From Cytophagales bacterium (GTDB lineage Bacteria > Bacteroidota > Bacteroidia > Cytophagales > Cyclobacteriaceae): a stretch of 64,000 nt of DNA. The position numbers and the translations under genes are program-made. This document shows positions 28,632 through 37,853 of the stretch, in pieces. The DNA lies in contig WGNT01000054.1 of the NCBI GenBank assembly GCA_016124425.1, positions 23-64,022 on the forward strand, read 5' to 3'. The stretch's first letter is position 1; every line of letters starts with the position of its first letter. Under the pieces are notes generated by a model. It made no database searches. It was given only the letters and a program-made list of their open reading frames with translations, and was not told where the DNA came from.

Positions 28632-29549
28632 TTAAATTCGGTAAAGGCGTTCGGCATTTTGATAATAGATCCTTTTCTTTTCACTTTCGGAAAGTTGTGC
28701 GGTAAGTTGCTGGAAGACCGTATACCACTCTTTATAGCTACCTGCCCGGGTCACCACCGGCCAGTCGCCTCCGTACACCAGTTTTTCCGGTGTGAAGGCT
28801 TCAATGACATGATCGGCATAGGGTTTTAGGTCATGAAAACCCCATTCGGTAGGATCCGCCTTTGTGATCATACCGGAGAGTTTGCAGCTCACGTTTTCCA
28901 GTTCAGAAAACAGCGCCATCGATTTTTTCCAAGGTTCAACCTCACCCGCTCGGATAGCGGGATTGCCAATGTGATTCAAAATAAAGGAAACGGAGGGGAA
29001 TTTTTTAACTAAGGCCAAAGCACCTTCCATTTGCGCGGAGGAAATATTCAAATCGTAACTTAACCCGAACCGTTTCAGCAATTCAACGCCTTCCAAAAAG
29101 GGTTTATAATGTAACAAGTCCTCTGTCACTCCCCTGCGTATGCTCCTTACGATACCCCGTTTAAGCATTTCCTCCATATCCTTCTGTCCCTTGTTTCCGA
29201 TCTCCAAGGGAAAATAGGCAACCATTCCCTTTATTCTAGGCTCTAGGAGGGTTTGTTGCACCACCCAGTCCACTTCCTTCAGGTACTGCTCGGGAATCCT
29301 GCCGCACTCCACAAAAACCATTTTTGATAAGGGCAAACGCCTAGTTGCTTTCTTAAAATCGGCCACCAGAAAATCTCTGTCCAATGGCGGACTTAGCCAG
29401 GGGTAATCCATGACGCTTCTGTCCCAAAGATGCAGGTGTGTATCTATCACCGGAATAGATTCCTCAGATGGCGGAAGTAGCACCTTTGGAACTGTAGCAG
29501 TGGCCACCCCTCCAATGAGACACGATTTTAAAAAGGATCGTTTATCCAT
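28632..29549 (-). CDS. Amidohydrolase_2 family, sugar-lactonase-like, with Tat-like signal
   Basis: IDTHLHLWD, LNHIGNP, NV.CKLSG and YGGDWPV motifs; N-terminal KRSFLK plus hydrophobic stretch. Confidence 0.88.
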   Translation of the reverse strand: MDKRSFLKSCLIGGVATATVPKVLLPPSEESIPVIDTHLHLWDRSVMDYPWLSPPLDRDFLVADFKKATRRLPLSKMVFVECGRIPEQYLKEVDWVVQQTLLEPRIKGMVAYFPLEIGNKGQKDMEEMLKRGIVRSIRRGVTEDLLHYKPFLEGVELLKRFGLSYDLNISSAQMEGALALVKKFPSVSFILNHIGNPAIRAGEVEPWKKSMALFSELENVSCKLSGMITKADPTEWGFHDLKPYADHVIEAFTPEKLVYGGDWPVVTRAGSYKEWYTVFQQLTAQLSESEKKRIYYQNAERLYRI

Positions 29550-29597
29550 AGAAATGAATGGAATACCCGGAAATTCGGGTATTCCAGCTAAATGAAA

Positions 29598-30965
29598 TTA
29601 TTGAGGAATCAAAGGGGTAGTGAGCTTACTTATGGAATGGTTGATTTCTTCTTGGGTAAGCTCATGCTGCTTTATCTTTCCGGAGAAATAATCATCATAG
29701 GCCTTCATGTCAAAGTTACCATGTCCGCAAAGGTTAAACAGAATTGTTTTACTCACTCCCTCTTCTTTGCATTTTTTCGCTTCTGCTATAGCGGTGGCGA
29801 TGCCATGGTTCGCCTCCGGGGCAGGAATGATACCTTCCGCCCTAGCAAACAAGACTCCCGCTTCAAATATTTCCAGGTTATCATGGGACCTTGCTTCTAT
29901 CAGGTTGTCCTTGAGCAGTTGGCTGACAATGACTCCCGCTCCATGGTACCTTAGCCCGCCGGCATGAATAGGTGCAGGGATAAAATCATGGCCTAGGGTA
30001 TACATGGGAAGCAAAGGAGTCATTCCGGCGGTATCCCCAAAATCATACCTAAAGACCCCACGCGTCAGTTTCGGACAAGACGCAGGTTCACTAGCTATAC
30101 AGCGGATTTTTTTTCCTTCATCCATATTCAGCCGCAGAAATGGAAAAGATAGTCCGGCAAAATTCGAGCCTCCACCAAAGGGCGCAATAACAATATCCGG
30201 CATATCCCCCGCCTTCTCCAACTGCTTAATGGCTTCCAACCCGATGATGGTTTGATGAAGTTTGACGTGGTTAAGCACTGATCCAAGGGCATATTTGGTA
30301 TCATCCCGCGTGGCTGCCATTTCAATAGCCTCAGAAATAGCTATTCCCAACGAACCGGGAGAATTAGGGTCTTGAGCGAGAATATTTCTACCGGCTTGGG
30401 TTCGGTCCGAGGGGGAAGCATATACGTTGGCGCCCCAGGTATTCATCATCATCTTCCGATACGGTTTGTCATTATAGGAGAGCTTCACCATATATACGTC
30501 GCACTCGATTCCGAAGTGCTGGCAGGCAAAGCTGAGTGCGGAGCCCCATTGTCCCGCACCGGTCTCAGTGGTTATTCGCTTGATACCTTCCTGCTTGTTA
30601 TAATATGCCTGGGGGATGGCCGTATTGGGCTTGTGGGAGCCCGAAGGACTTACTCCCTCGTATTTGTAGTAGATTTTGGCGGGTGTATCCAATGCTTTTT
30701 CAAGACCATAAGCCCGATACAGCGGCGTTGGCCTCCATATACTATACATATTCCGCACTTCATCCGGAATGGCAACCCATTTGTCGGTAGTAACCTCCTG
30801 CTTAATGAGCGCTTTGGGAAAAAGCGGGGCTAGGGCCTCAGGACCAATCGGCTCCAAGGTTCCGGGATGTAGGGGAGGGAGCGGCTTGTTTGGCATGTCC
30901 GCGATAATATTATACCAGTTTTCTGGTATCTCACTTTCCTCCAGGTTTATTTTTCTGATTTTCAT
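29598..30965 (-). CDS. TrpB2 (tryptophan synthase beta-2 type) PLP enzyme
   Basis: [47 protein letters not shown] and NLCGHG motifs; no trpA nearby. Confidence 0.95.
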   Translation of the reverse strand: MKIRKINLEESEIPENWYNIIADMPNKPLPPLHPGTLEPIGPEALAPLFPKALIKQEVTTDKWVAIPDEVRNMYSIWRPTPLYRAYGLEKALDTPAKIYYKYEGVSPSGSHKPNTAIPQAYYNKQEGIKRITTETGAGQWGSALSFACQHFGIECDVYMVKLSYNDKPYRKMMMNTWGANVYASPSDRTQAGRNILAQDPNSPGSLGIAISEAIEMAATRDDTKYALGSVLNHVKLHQTIIGLEAIKQLEKAGDMPDIVIAPFGGGSNFAGLSFPFLRLNMDEGKKIRCIASEPASCPKLTRGVFRYDFGDTAGMTPLLPMYTLGHDFIPAPIHAGGLRYHGAGVIVSQLLKDNLIEARSHDNLEIFEAGVLFARAEGIIPAPEANHGIATAIAEAKKCKEEGVSKTILFNLCGHGNFDMKAYDDYFSGKIKQHELTQEEINHSISKLTTPLIPQ

Positions 30966-30980
30966 GAATTGAATTGGGTG

Positions 30981-33900
30981 TTAAGGATTATTGCTGTTTG
31001 ATAAACTGTTAATTTTCTTGTTGATCTTAGACGCGTTTAGCAGGTAGGCGGCGATCTTCTGATTGTTTATTCCTACCATAAGCACGTCTAAATGGGCTAT
31101 TCGTATGGGCAGGAGGGATTTCACATCGCCAAGAAAACGCAGCCCCGAGTCCTTTTGGGGAAAAAGTTGGAATTTACCCTTACCGTCTCCGGTATAAACC
31201 TGTCCAAAGTTTGCGTCAATCAGTCCAAGCCGAAGTCGCGTCGCATTCTGGTTTCCACCTACTATAAAATCCAAATATCCATCCTGATTGATATCCATCA
31301 CGGAGATCGCATAAACCGGAGCCATCTGCGCTTCCATGGGAAGTTGGTGTACAGTGAGTTTGCCCTTTGCGTTTTCCAAGTAAACGGAATTCAGGGTGGT
31401 CACCTTTAATTCTTGCGCACGTTCAAGTTGCTGCTTGCTAAGGATGTCTGACAACTTTGCGTTAGCAAACGATTCATACGAGGTAAACTTGCTGCGCATG
31501 CTATACATCTGATCAAGCAGTTCATCCCTGCTAAGAAAAGGATACGATTCTCCCAAAATAAACTGGTTTAAAATCGGGTCAATGGATCCGTTCTCATCAA
31601 AATCTCCATAGACCAAGGTAATCGGTTCAGCGTCGCTGGCTTTCAGTTGGGTGTTCAACCCTAAATTGCCTGCGATAAAATCGAGATCTCCATCCTCGTC
31701 AAAATCTGCCACGGCGAGTTTCGACCACAGACCGAACAGTGGTTTTTCAAAAAACTGATCAGTCGCTTTCCGCAGGGCTACCCCGTTTTCATTCAGAAAT
31801 ACCTCTATTGGCATAAATTCGCCGACCACGATCAGGTCTAGGAAACCATCTGCATTCAAGTCCACCCATTGCGCATCGGTTACCATCCCTATATGCTGTA
31901 GATCAGCTGCAAAGGTCGACGTTTCATCGGAGAATTTCCCAGTCCCATCGTTCAGCAAGAGATAAGATCGCGGTGCTACCGGAAATTCACCCGGGACGAC
32001 CCTACCACCGACAAACAAGTCCATAAAGCCGTCTCCATTTACATCCGCCGGCCTTACGCAACTGCCACTGGACTTCATTGAGGGCAGTTTGTCTATTGCT
32101 TTCCTGAAATTACCTCCTCCTTCGTTGAGATACAGGCGGTCCTGAAGCCTGTCATCTTCCTTTTCATAGTCATGGTAGCCACCACTCACAATATATAAAT
32201 CCAGCCAACCATTTCCCGTAGCATCAAAGAAAACTGCATCTGCATCTGAAAAACCGGAATCTTCAGAAAGGTCCAATCCCTGTGCTTTGAAGTATTGTCC
32301 TGTGGATGCTTGGAAGAACAGCTCACCTGGCTTTCCCTGCGCACCTCCAACAAAAAGCGCCGGAAATCCGCTTTTGTTGATATCTCCACCTACTAGTACC
32401 GGCCCCGTTGGGGAATACATGTAGTTCAGCAATGGCTGCCGTTTGAAATCATTGTACCCGAGCTCCACATGCTCATAGTCGATCGGGGATACAATCTGGG
32501 TAAATAACGTTTCTGATTCCGGGGCTCTAAAAAAGGGCTTTGAAATTGAATTCGCAGCTGACTCTTTCAAAATAAGCGTACTATTGGCCTTTATCTGATA
32601 GACAGCCTGTTGCTTTCCGGAAGGCCACCATACCAACACAGAATCCACTTCTTCAATATCTCCTAGTCCAACATGAAGCCTATAACTTACCGAAGATTGG
32701 AATCCCCTTGTAGGCTGTTGCTCCAAAAACTGAATTCCAGACTTTGTGTAGCAAATGATTTTAGCTCCTAAGCCAAACGTATTCATTCCCTCGCCCTCCA
32801 GCTGGATTTGGAGTGAATTGGAGCTGACATTACCTCCCGTCTTGAGGTTATTTTTGTAAATCCCTGCCGAGGCGTTGAGGTGGTTAACGATGAGATCGAG
32901 CATCCCATCATTGTCCAAGTCCGCAAACGCAGCGCCGTTAGAAAACCCAAGGGCTTCCATTCCCCACGACCTACTCTTGTCAGAGAACGTCAGATCAGCA
33001 TTGTTTTTGTAGACATAGTTATGCACGGGCGTAGAACTCATGCTGGTCACCAAATGAAGTGTGTCTGCGACTTCTTTGGCCCTTGCCTTTTCAAAGTAAT
33101 AATCTCCCTTGTATTTTAAAAAATCCCTGTTGGTATAATCACGATAATAGCCATTGGTGATGAACAGGTCTTTCCAGCCATCATTGTCCAGATCAGCAAA
33201 GAGCGCCGCCCAGCTCCAGTCGGTATTGGATACTCCCGCAAGCTGTCCCACCTCCGCAAATAGTCCGTTTCCCTGATTAAGATGTAACATATTCCTCATC
33301 TGCTGATGGTAGAAGTTTTTCATTACCATCAGGGCATATTGCTCATAATTCTCCGGGCCGTAGAGTAGTTTTTGCCGTTTGTTATCTTCAGGAAGCATGT
33401 CTAACGTAAAGATATCCGGTAGGCCATCGTTATTAATATCGCTAATATCCGACCCCATGGAGAAATAAGAAATATGTTGCAGGTAATCGGTCAAACTTTC
33501 TGTAAATGTGCCGTCTCCGTTGTTGATGTATAAGTAGTCCGGTTCGATGTAGTCATTCGAAATATACAAATCGGGGTATCCATCCGCGTTGATATCTGAT
33601 ACCGCAACTCCCAAACCGAATCCCATCGAACTACCTTTTATTCCTGCCTGTTGGCTTACGTCAACAAATTTCCCGCTATCGTTTCTATATAGCTTGTCTC
33701 CTGCATATTTGTTCCTGTCTGTACGTTTGGCATCAAAATCCATTTCGTTGATGACCGCAGTGTTGTGATTAAGGAGATACATATCCAGATCACCATCCCT
33801 ATCATAATCAAAAAACAATGCCTGAATACTATTTGATGGATCATCCAAGCCATATATAGCCGCTTCATCTAGAAATGTGTTATCCTGTTGATTAACAAAA

Positions 33901-34337
33901 AGCTGATTTCTTCTTCCCTCTGGATCTCCCTTTCCTGAATAACAAACGTAGATATCCAAAAAACCGTCCCCATTGATATCCACCATCGTCACCCCCGTGG
34001 TCCAATCGCCTTTACCCTCGACGCCTGCATCTTTGGTTATGTCTTTAAACTTAAAGTCTCCCAAGTTCAAATACAGCTTGTTGGACACCATATTGCCAGA
34101 AAAATAAATGTCATCCAAGCCATCATTATTAAGGTCACCTACGGCAACGCCTCCCCCATTATAAAAATATTCATAACGCAGAATGTTATAAACCCTATCT
34201 TCAGTGAGCATATTCCCAAAGCGCACCCCTGTTTTTCTGGCAGGTTGCATTTCAAACGTTCCTTGGGCCATACCACTTGGAATGGATGTGATCAGAAGTA
34301 TATGGATTGCCACAATAAGATGTGTCAGCTTCATCAT
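30981..34337 (-). CDS. VCBS/FG-GAP repeat protein with central ASPIC/UnbV domain (CRTAC1-like), secreted
   Basis: YFYNGGGVA.GD.NNDGL.D, many D.N.DG..D repeats, RGFQSS...LH.GLG...VD...V.WPSG. Confidence 0.92.
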   Translation of the reverse strand: MMKLTHLIVAIHILLITSIPSGMAQGTFEMQPARKTGVRFGNMLTEDRVYNILRYEYFYNGGGVAVGDLNNDGLDDIYFSGNMVSNKLYLNLGDFKFKDITKDAGVEGKGDWTTGVTMVDINGDGFLDIYVCYSGKGDPEGRRNQLFVNQQDNTFLDEAAIYGLDDPSNSIQALFFDYDRDGDLDMYLLNHNTAVINEMDFDAKRTDRNKYAGDKLYRNDSGKFVDVSQQAGIKGSSMGFGLGVAVSDINADGYPDLYISNDYIEPDYLYINNGDGTFTESLTDYLQHISYFSMGSDISDINNDGLPDIFTLDMLPEDNKRQKLLYGPENYEQYALMVMKNFYHQQMRNMLHLNQGNGLFAEVGQLAGVSNTDWSWAALFADLDNDGWKDLFITNGYYRDYTNRDFLKYKGDYYFEKARAKEVADTLHLVTSMSSTPVHNYVYKNNADLTFSDKSRSWGMEALGFSNGAAFADLDNDGMLDLIVNHLNASAGIYKNNLKTGGNVSSNSLQIQLEGEGMNTFGLGAKIICYTKSGIQFLEQQPTRGFQSSVSYRLHVGLGDIEEVDSVLVWWPSGKQQAVYQIKANSTLILKESAANSISKPFFRAPESETLFTQIVSPIDYEHVELGYNDFKRQPLLNYMYSPTGPVLVGGDINKSGFPALFVGGAQGKPGELFFQASTGQYFKAQGLDLSEDSGFSDADAVFFDATGNGWLDLYIVSGGYHDYEKEDDRLQDRLYLNEGGGNFRKAIDKLPSMKSSGSCVRPADVNGDGFMDLFVGGRVVPGEFPVAPRSYLLLNDGTGKFSDETSTFAADLQHIGMVTDAQWVDLNADGFLDLIVVGEFMPIEVFLNENGVALRKATDQFFEKPLFGLWSKLAVADFDEDGDLDFIAGNLGLNTQLKASDAEPITLVYGDFDENGSIDPILNQFILGESYPFLSRDELLDQMYSMRSKFTSYESFANAKLSDILSKQQLERAQELKVTTLNSVYLENAKGKLTVHQLPMEAQMAPVYAISVMDINQDGYLDFIVGGNQNATRLRLGLIDANFGQVYTGDGKGKFQLFPQKDSGLRFLGDVKSLLPIRIAHLDVLMVGINNQKIAAYLLNASKINKKINSLSNSNNP

Positions 34338-34647
34338 AAGCGTCAACTTATTTACTGCCTTTGTTAGGCAAATGCGATATCAATGCGTATCAAGCTCAAC
34401 GGACCTTCAAAACAAACCTACAAGTCCCCTTTCCTCCCCTTGCTTGAGCGGTTTCTTTCAGATTAGTTGTAAGGTAAAACTAAGGTAATTGTATTTATAT
34501 CGCAACCGAAAAGAACAACTAATTTAAAAAAGGCGCCTGCCAGCAAGCTTGGTGTCAACTTTTGCTTTGGTGTTAGGAATTTGACTGTTTTTGTAGATGA
34601 AGCATGTCGCTTTATTTTATCTTTACGGAAACGATAATTTCTATTGT

Positions 34648-36174
34648 ATGAACAGCAAACACACCCAATGGCTACTTCTTCGGCTGATATCAGCATGTAC
34701 TTTCACGCTTTGTTGGGTGAGCATTAGCTGTACCTCGAAGGAGAAAAGTGAATTGATATGGGAGTCGGGCTTCAGTATCATTGGGTCTCAATCCTCCCCA
34801 AGATCGGTAGATCTCAACGGTGATGGTATGTTGGATTTTGTGATCGGTGCTGGGAAAAACGAGTTTCAAGCATCGGATCAAGGTGTCCTCGCGCTAGACG
34901 GATCCGATGGCAGCTTAATTTGGTCACATGAAGCGACTGATCAAATGTACGGGGCGGCGACTTTTCACGATGTAACCGGTGACGGTATCCCAGATGTCTT
35001 TATCGGTGGGAGATCACCACAATTTCGAGCCATCGATGGCAAAACAGGGGAGCTGCTGTGGAAATTTGACAATGTCCATGAGGATCATCCCATCCTTCAA
35101 TATGCCCGCTTCAATTTCAACCACAGCGTACTGCTTCCTGATCAAAATGAAAATGGCTATCCGGAGCTTTTGCTTGCCAACGGCGGCAATTATGAAGCGT
35201 TACCCTACATGGAAGAAAATCGATATCCAGCTGTAATCATGCTCCTAGATTCAAAAAACGGGGATATACTCGCCTGTGATACGGTACCCGACGGGAAAGA
35301 AACCTATATGACTCCCTTACTCATATCCAGCCCGAATCAAGGGGAACATCAAATCATTTTCGGAACGGGTGGCGAAACCATTGGTGGATCCCTCTATATC
35401 GCTGATCTGAAGGATTTGATGCAAAACACCCTTTCAAAGGCGAAAATAATCGCGACAGAAACGGGACATGGATTTATAGCTTCCCCGGCTTTGGCGGATA
35501 TCAATACGGATGGCTACCTTGATATTGTGGCAATTTCACACGCCAGCGGAATCTATGCTATCGATGGCAAGACCTTGCTTCCATTGTGGGATCAACGCAT
35601 CCCTGATACAGAATGTAGCAATAGCTTTGCGGTTGGGTTCTTTACAGACGATGCTATTCCGGATTTTTTCACGTTTGTCAGCCAAGGGGTTTGGCCGCAA
35701 AATACCGGGTCAGTTCAGGTTATGGTTGACGGAAAGACAGGAGAAATAAGCTATACCAATGCCCTTGGATGTACCGGTTTTTCTTCTCCTGTTGCCTATG
35801 ATCTTAATCATGATGGGCAGGATGAGGTAATCATCAGCATCAATGAGTTTGATTGCAAGCGATACATTGGTGACCAATCGTCTTTTGTCGTTGAAAACAA
35901 GCTTTTGGCCATAGATTTCAAATCAGGGGAGCATTATACCATTGATCAGGCTCAGGGCATGAAAAATATCTTTAGCACACCTTGGATTGGCGATATTGAT
36001 GGCGATGGATTTTTGGATCTGGTGCATGCCCAATACTTCAGCCATTCAGATCCGTTATCCTTTTTGGGCATGCGGATAAAGCGGATAGATCTGCCGGTTA
36101 AGATGAATCAGGATCCTCCTTGGGGCTCATTTATGGGTAACAGCGGAGACGGTATCTTTAGGCCAACCAACTAA
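34648..36174 (+). CDS. FG-GAP/PQQ-like beta-propeller lipoprotein; start may be 34597
   Basis: Lipobox SISC; repeats DLNGDG..D, DVTGDG.PD, A.DG.TG..LW and GDIDGDG.LD. Confidence 0.8.
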   Translation: MNSKHTQWLLLRLISACTFTLCWVSISCTSKEKSELIWESGFSIIGSQSSPRSVDLNGDGMLDFVIGAGKNEFQASDQGVLALDGSDGSLIWSHEATDQMYGAATFHDVTGDGIPDVFIGGRSPQFRAIDGKTGELLWKFDNVHEDHPILQYARFNFNHSVLLPDQNENGYPELLLANGGNYEALPYMEENRYPAVIMLLDSKNGDILACDTVPDGKETYMTPLLISSPNQGEHQIIFGTGGETIGGSLYIADLKDLMQNTLSKAKIIATETGHGFIASPALADINTDGYLDIVAISHASGIYAIDGKTLLPLWDQRIPDTECSNSFAVGFFTDDAIPDFFTFVSQGVWPQNTGSVQVMVDGKTGEISYTNALGCTGFSSPVAYDLNHDGQDEVIISINEFDCKRYIGDQSSFVVENKLLAIDFKSGEHYTIDQAQGMKNIFSTPWIGDIDGDGFLDLVHAQYFSHSDPLSFLGMRIKRIDLPVKMNQDPPWGSFMGNSGDGIFRPTN

Positions 36175-36177
36175 CAA

Positions 36178-36205
36178 AAAAGCCCCGAACTGTTTCGGGG
36201 CTTTT
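36178..36205. terminator. Bidirectional rho-independent terminator
   Basis: AAAAGCCCCGAA-CTGT-TTCGGGGCTTTT between convergent genes, with A- and T-runs on the two sides. Confidence 0.9.
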
Positions 36206-36230
36206 GTATCGTTTACCATGATAGGACGGA

Positions 36231-37835
36231 TCAATTCCCTCCATCCCACCAAACTCGCGTAGTGAACAAGTCAGGTAGTGTGGCTCCGGCTTCAAAGTTC
36301 GCATTCGCAGCAACCTCATAAGCAGGATATCGGAGTTTTCTCATAATCACACCATTGGTGACGCTGGCAGGGTGGTTGGTTGGGGTAAGAACCGGAAATC
36401 CCGTTCTCCTCCAATCAGACCATGCTTCCCACCAATTGAAAAATTTGCTAACCCATAGCTGTTCTCCGATCATTTCTAGCGCAGGCTTTTCTTGGCCATA
36501 AGGATGGCGCTGAAGATAAGCTGTGACCTGCTCATCGGTAACCGCCAATGACGCATCATATGGGGTATACATCTGCATGGCGGCCTTTACACCCATTTCA
36601 TAGTGCGCTCTTGCCGTACCGGGAATTCCAGAACCAATGCCTCTTTCCAAAGCCTCTGCCATTAGTAGATGGGATTCGGCGGTATTCATCAGCATATAGG
36701 GGTCTTCCCTTTGTAACATCAAGAAATTAATTCTGGAATAAGTAGCCGTTTGATCTACAGTCCGTCCTTCAAGTTCATCCAAACCCGCAGCATCAAATCC
36801 GTTCGGCATCCCTTTTTGCTCAAGTGGGTTGGTATTTGTGGGGGTCCAAGCATTTGCAGACCACTGCGCTATTCCTCCACTCAAAATCATGAGACGGGGA
36901 TCGACCTGATCTGCTGTGGTCGCATTGCCCTTCAACCAGTCAATAAGCGTCTTGCTAAGGAAGCTTGGCTGTCCACCGTCACCTGGGTAGAATGCTCTGG
37001 AGATACCATTCTGATTGATCCAAACGCTTGGACCCTGAGACATTGGCACCCAGGCATTGTCTGCGTTTGATGTCATGACGCCGCCGGCTACCGCTTTGGT
37101 CACATATTCCGAAGCTAACTGAGGAGCAACATTCGAAGCCCTCATCGCAAGTCGAAGCATAAGCGAATACCCAAAACGCTTCCATTTAGCTATATCCCCA
37201 TTGAAGATAATATCAGCGTTTGAAAATCCTTCATTTGGGTTGGAAGTGTTCATCGCGGCAGTCGCTTCCTCCAATTCCTTTAAGAGGGCTGGATAGATGT
37301 CTGATTGCTTGTCATAGGTGGGGAAGAATACGCCATCCATACCCTTCAAGGCCTCAAAATAGGGGATATTCCCATAAAAATCGGTGAGTCTATGGAAGTT
37401 TAGCACCATTAGAATACGTGCGGCATTTCGCATATTCACTTTATTCCCTTCATCATATCCCCCTGGACCTGTCTGACGCAATACTTCGGATAGGTTCTTC
37501 AGCGCATCTCCATAAAAGAACTCAAAGGGAGCATTGCTCGATTCGAAGTTTTCCGTGTACTTGTCGCCCGGAGCAATTCCTCCTCCGGCATTTGCCAGTT
37601 GTTGGATCAGATATGCACCCATTCCAATGTTTGTACGCCAGTCAATATATCGGTTATCCCCGGCAGAACCCCCTGATGCAGAACCAAGCTCTGCGGCGGT
37701 AAACATGAAATTAAGGTCAATTTGGGTTACAGCTTGCGGGTTAATGTTCAGGTTATGAAGATTTTCCGTATCGCAACCCACCAATGGGATGATTGCAGCA
37801 AGGAGCAGCAACAATGCTTTATTTATCAGTTTCAT
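36231..37835 (-). CDS. SusD/RagB-family lipoprotein (SusD-like_2 type)
   Basis: Lipobox LVGC, LTD.YG.IPY.EA, P.YD.Q..IY, EAW.DWRRTG.P and C-terminal RVWWD; directly downstream of susC. Confidence 0.95.
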   Translation of the reverse strand: MKLINKALLLLLAAIIPLVGCDTENLHNLNINPQAVTQIDLNFMFTAAELGSASGGSAGDNRYIDWRTNIGMGAYLIQQLANAGGGIAPGDKYTENFESSNAPFEFFYGDALKNLSEVLRQTGPGGYDEGNKVNMRNAARILMVLNFHRLTDFYGNIPYFEALKGMDGVFFPTYDKQSDIYPALLKELEEATAAMNTSNPNEGFSNADIIFNGDIAKWKRFGYSLMLRLAMRASNVAPQLASEYVTKAVAGGVMTSNADNAWVPMSQGPSVWINQNGISRAFYPGDGGQPSFLSKTLIDWLKGNATTADQVDPRLMILSGGIAQWSANAWTPTNTNPLEQKGMPNGFDAAGLDELEGRTVDQTATYSRINFLMLQREDPYMLMNTAESHLLMAEALERGIGSGIPGTARAHYEMGVKAAMQMYTPYDASLAVTDEQVTAYLQRHPYGQEKPALEMIGEQLWVSKFFNWWEAWSDWRRTGFPVLTPTNHPASVTNGVIMRKLRYPAYEVAANANFEAGATLPDLFTTRVWWDGGN

Positions 37836-37853
37836 AATGCTTCTTTCTTTATT

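Noticed and set aside
30981-36174. Recurrent D.N.DG..D sequence repeats as a DNA repeat array or CRISPR
   Set aside because: They are degenerate protein-level FG-GAP/VCBS repeats, with no identical spaced DNA repeats and no cas genes.
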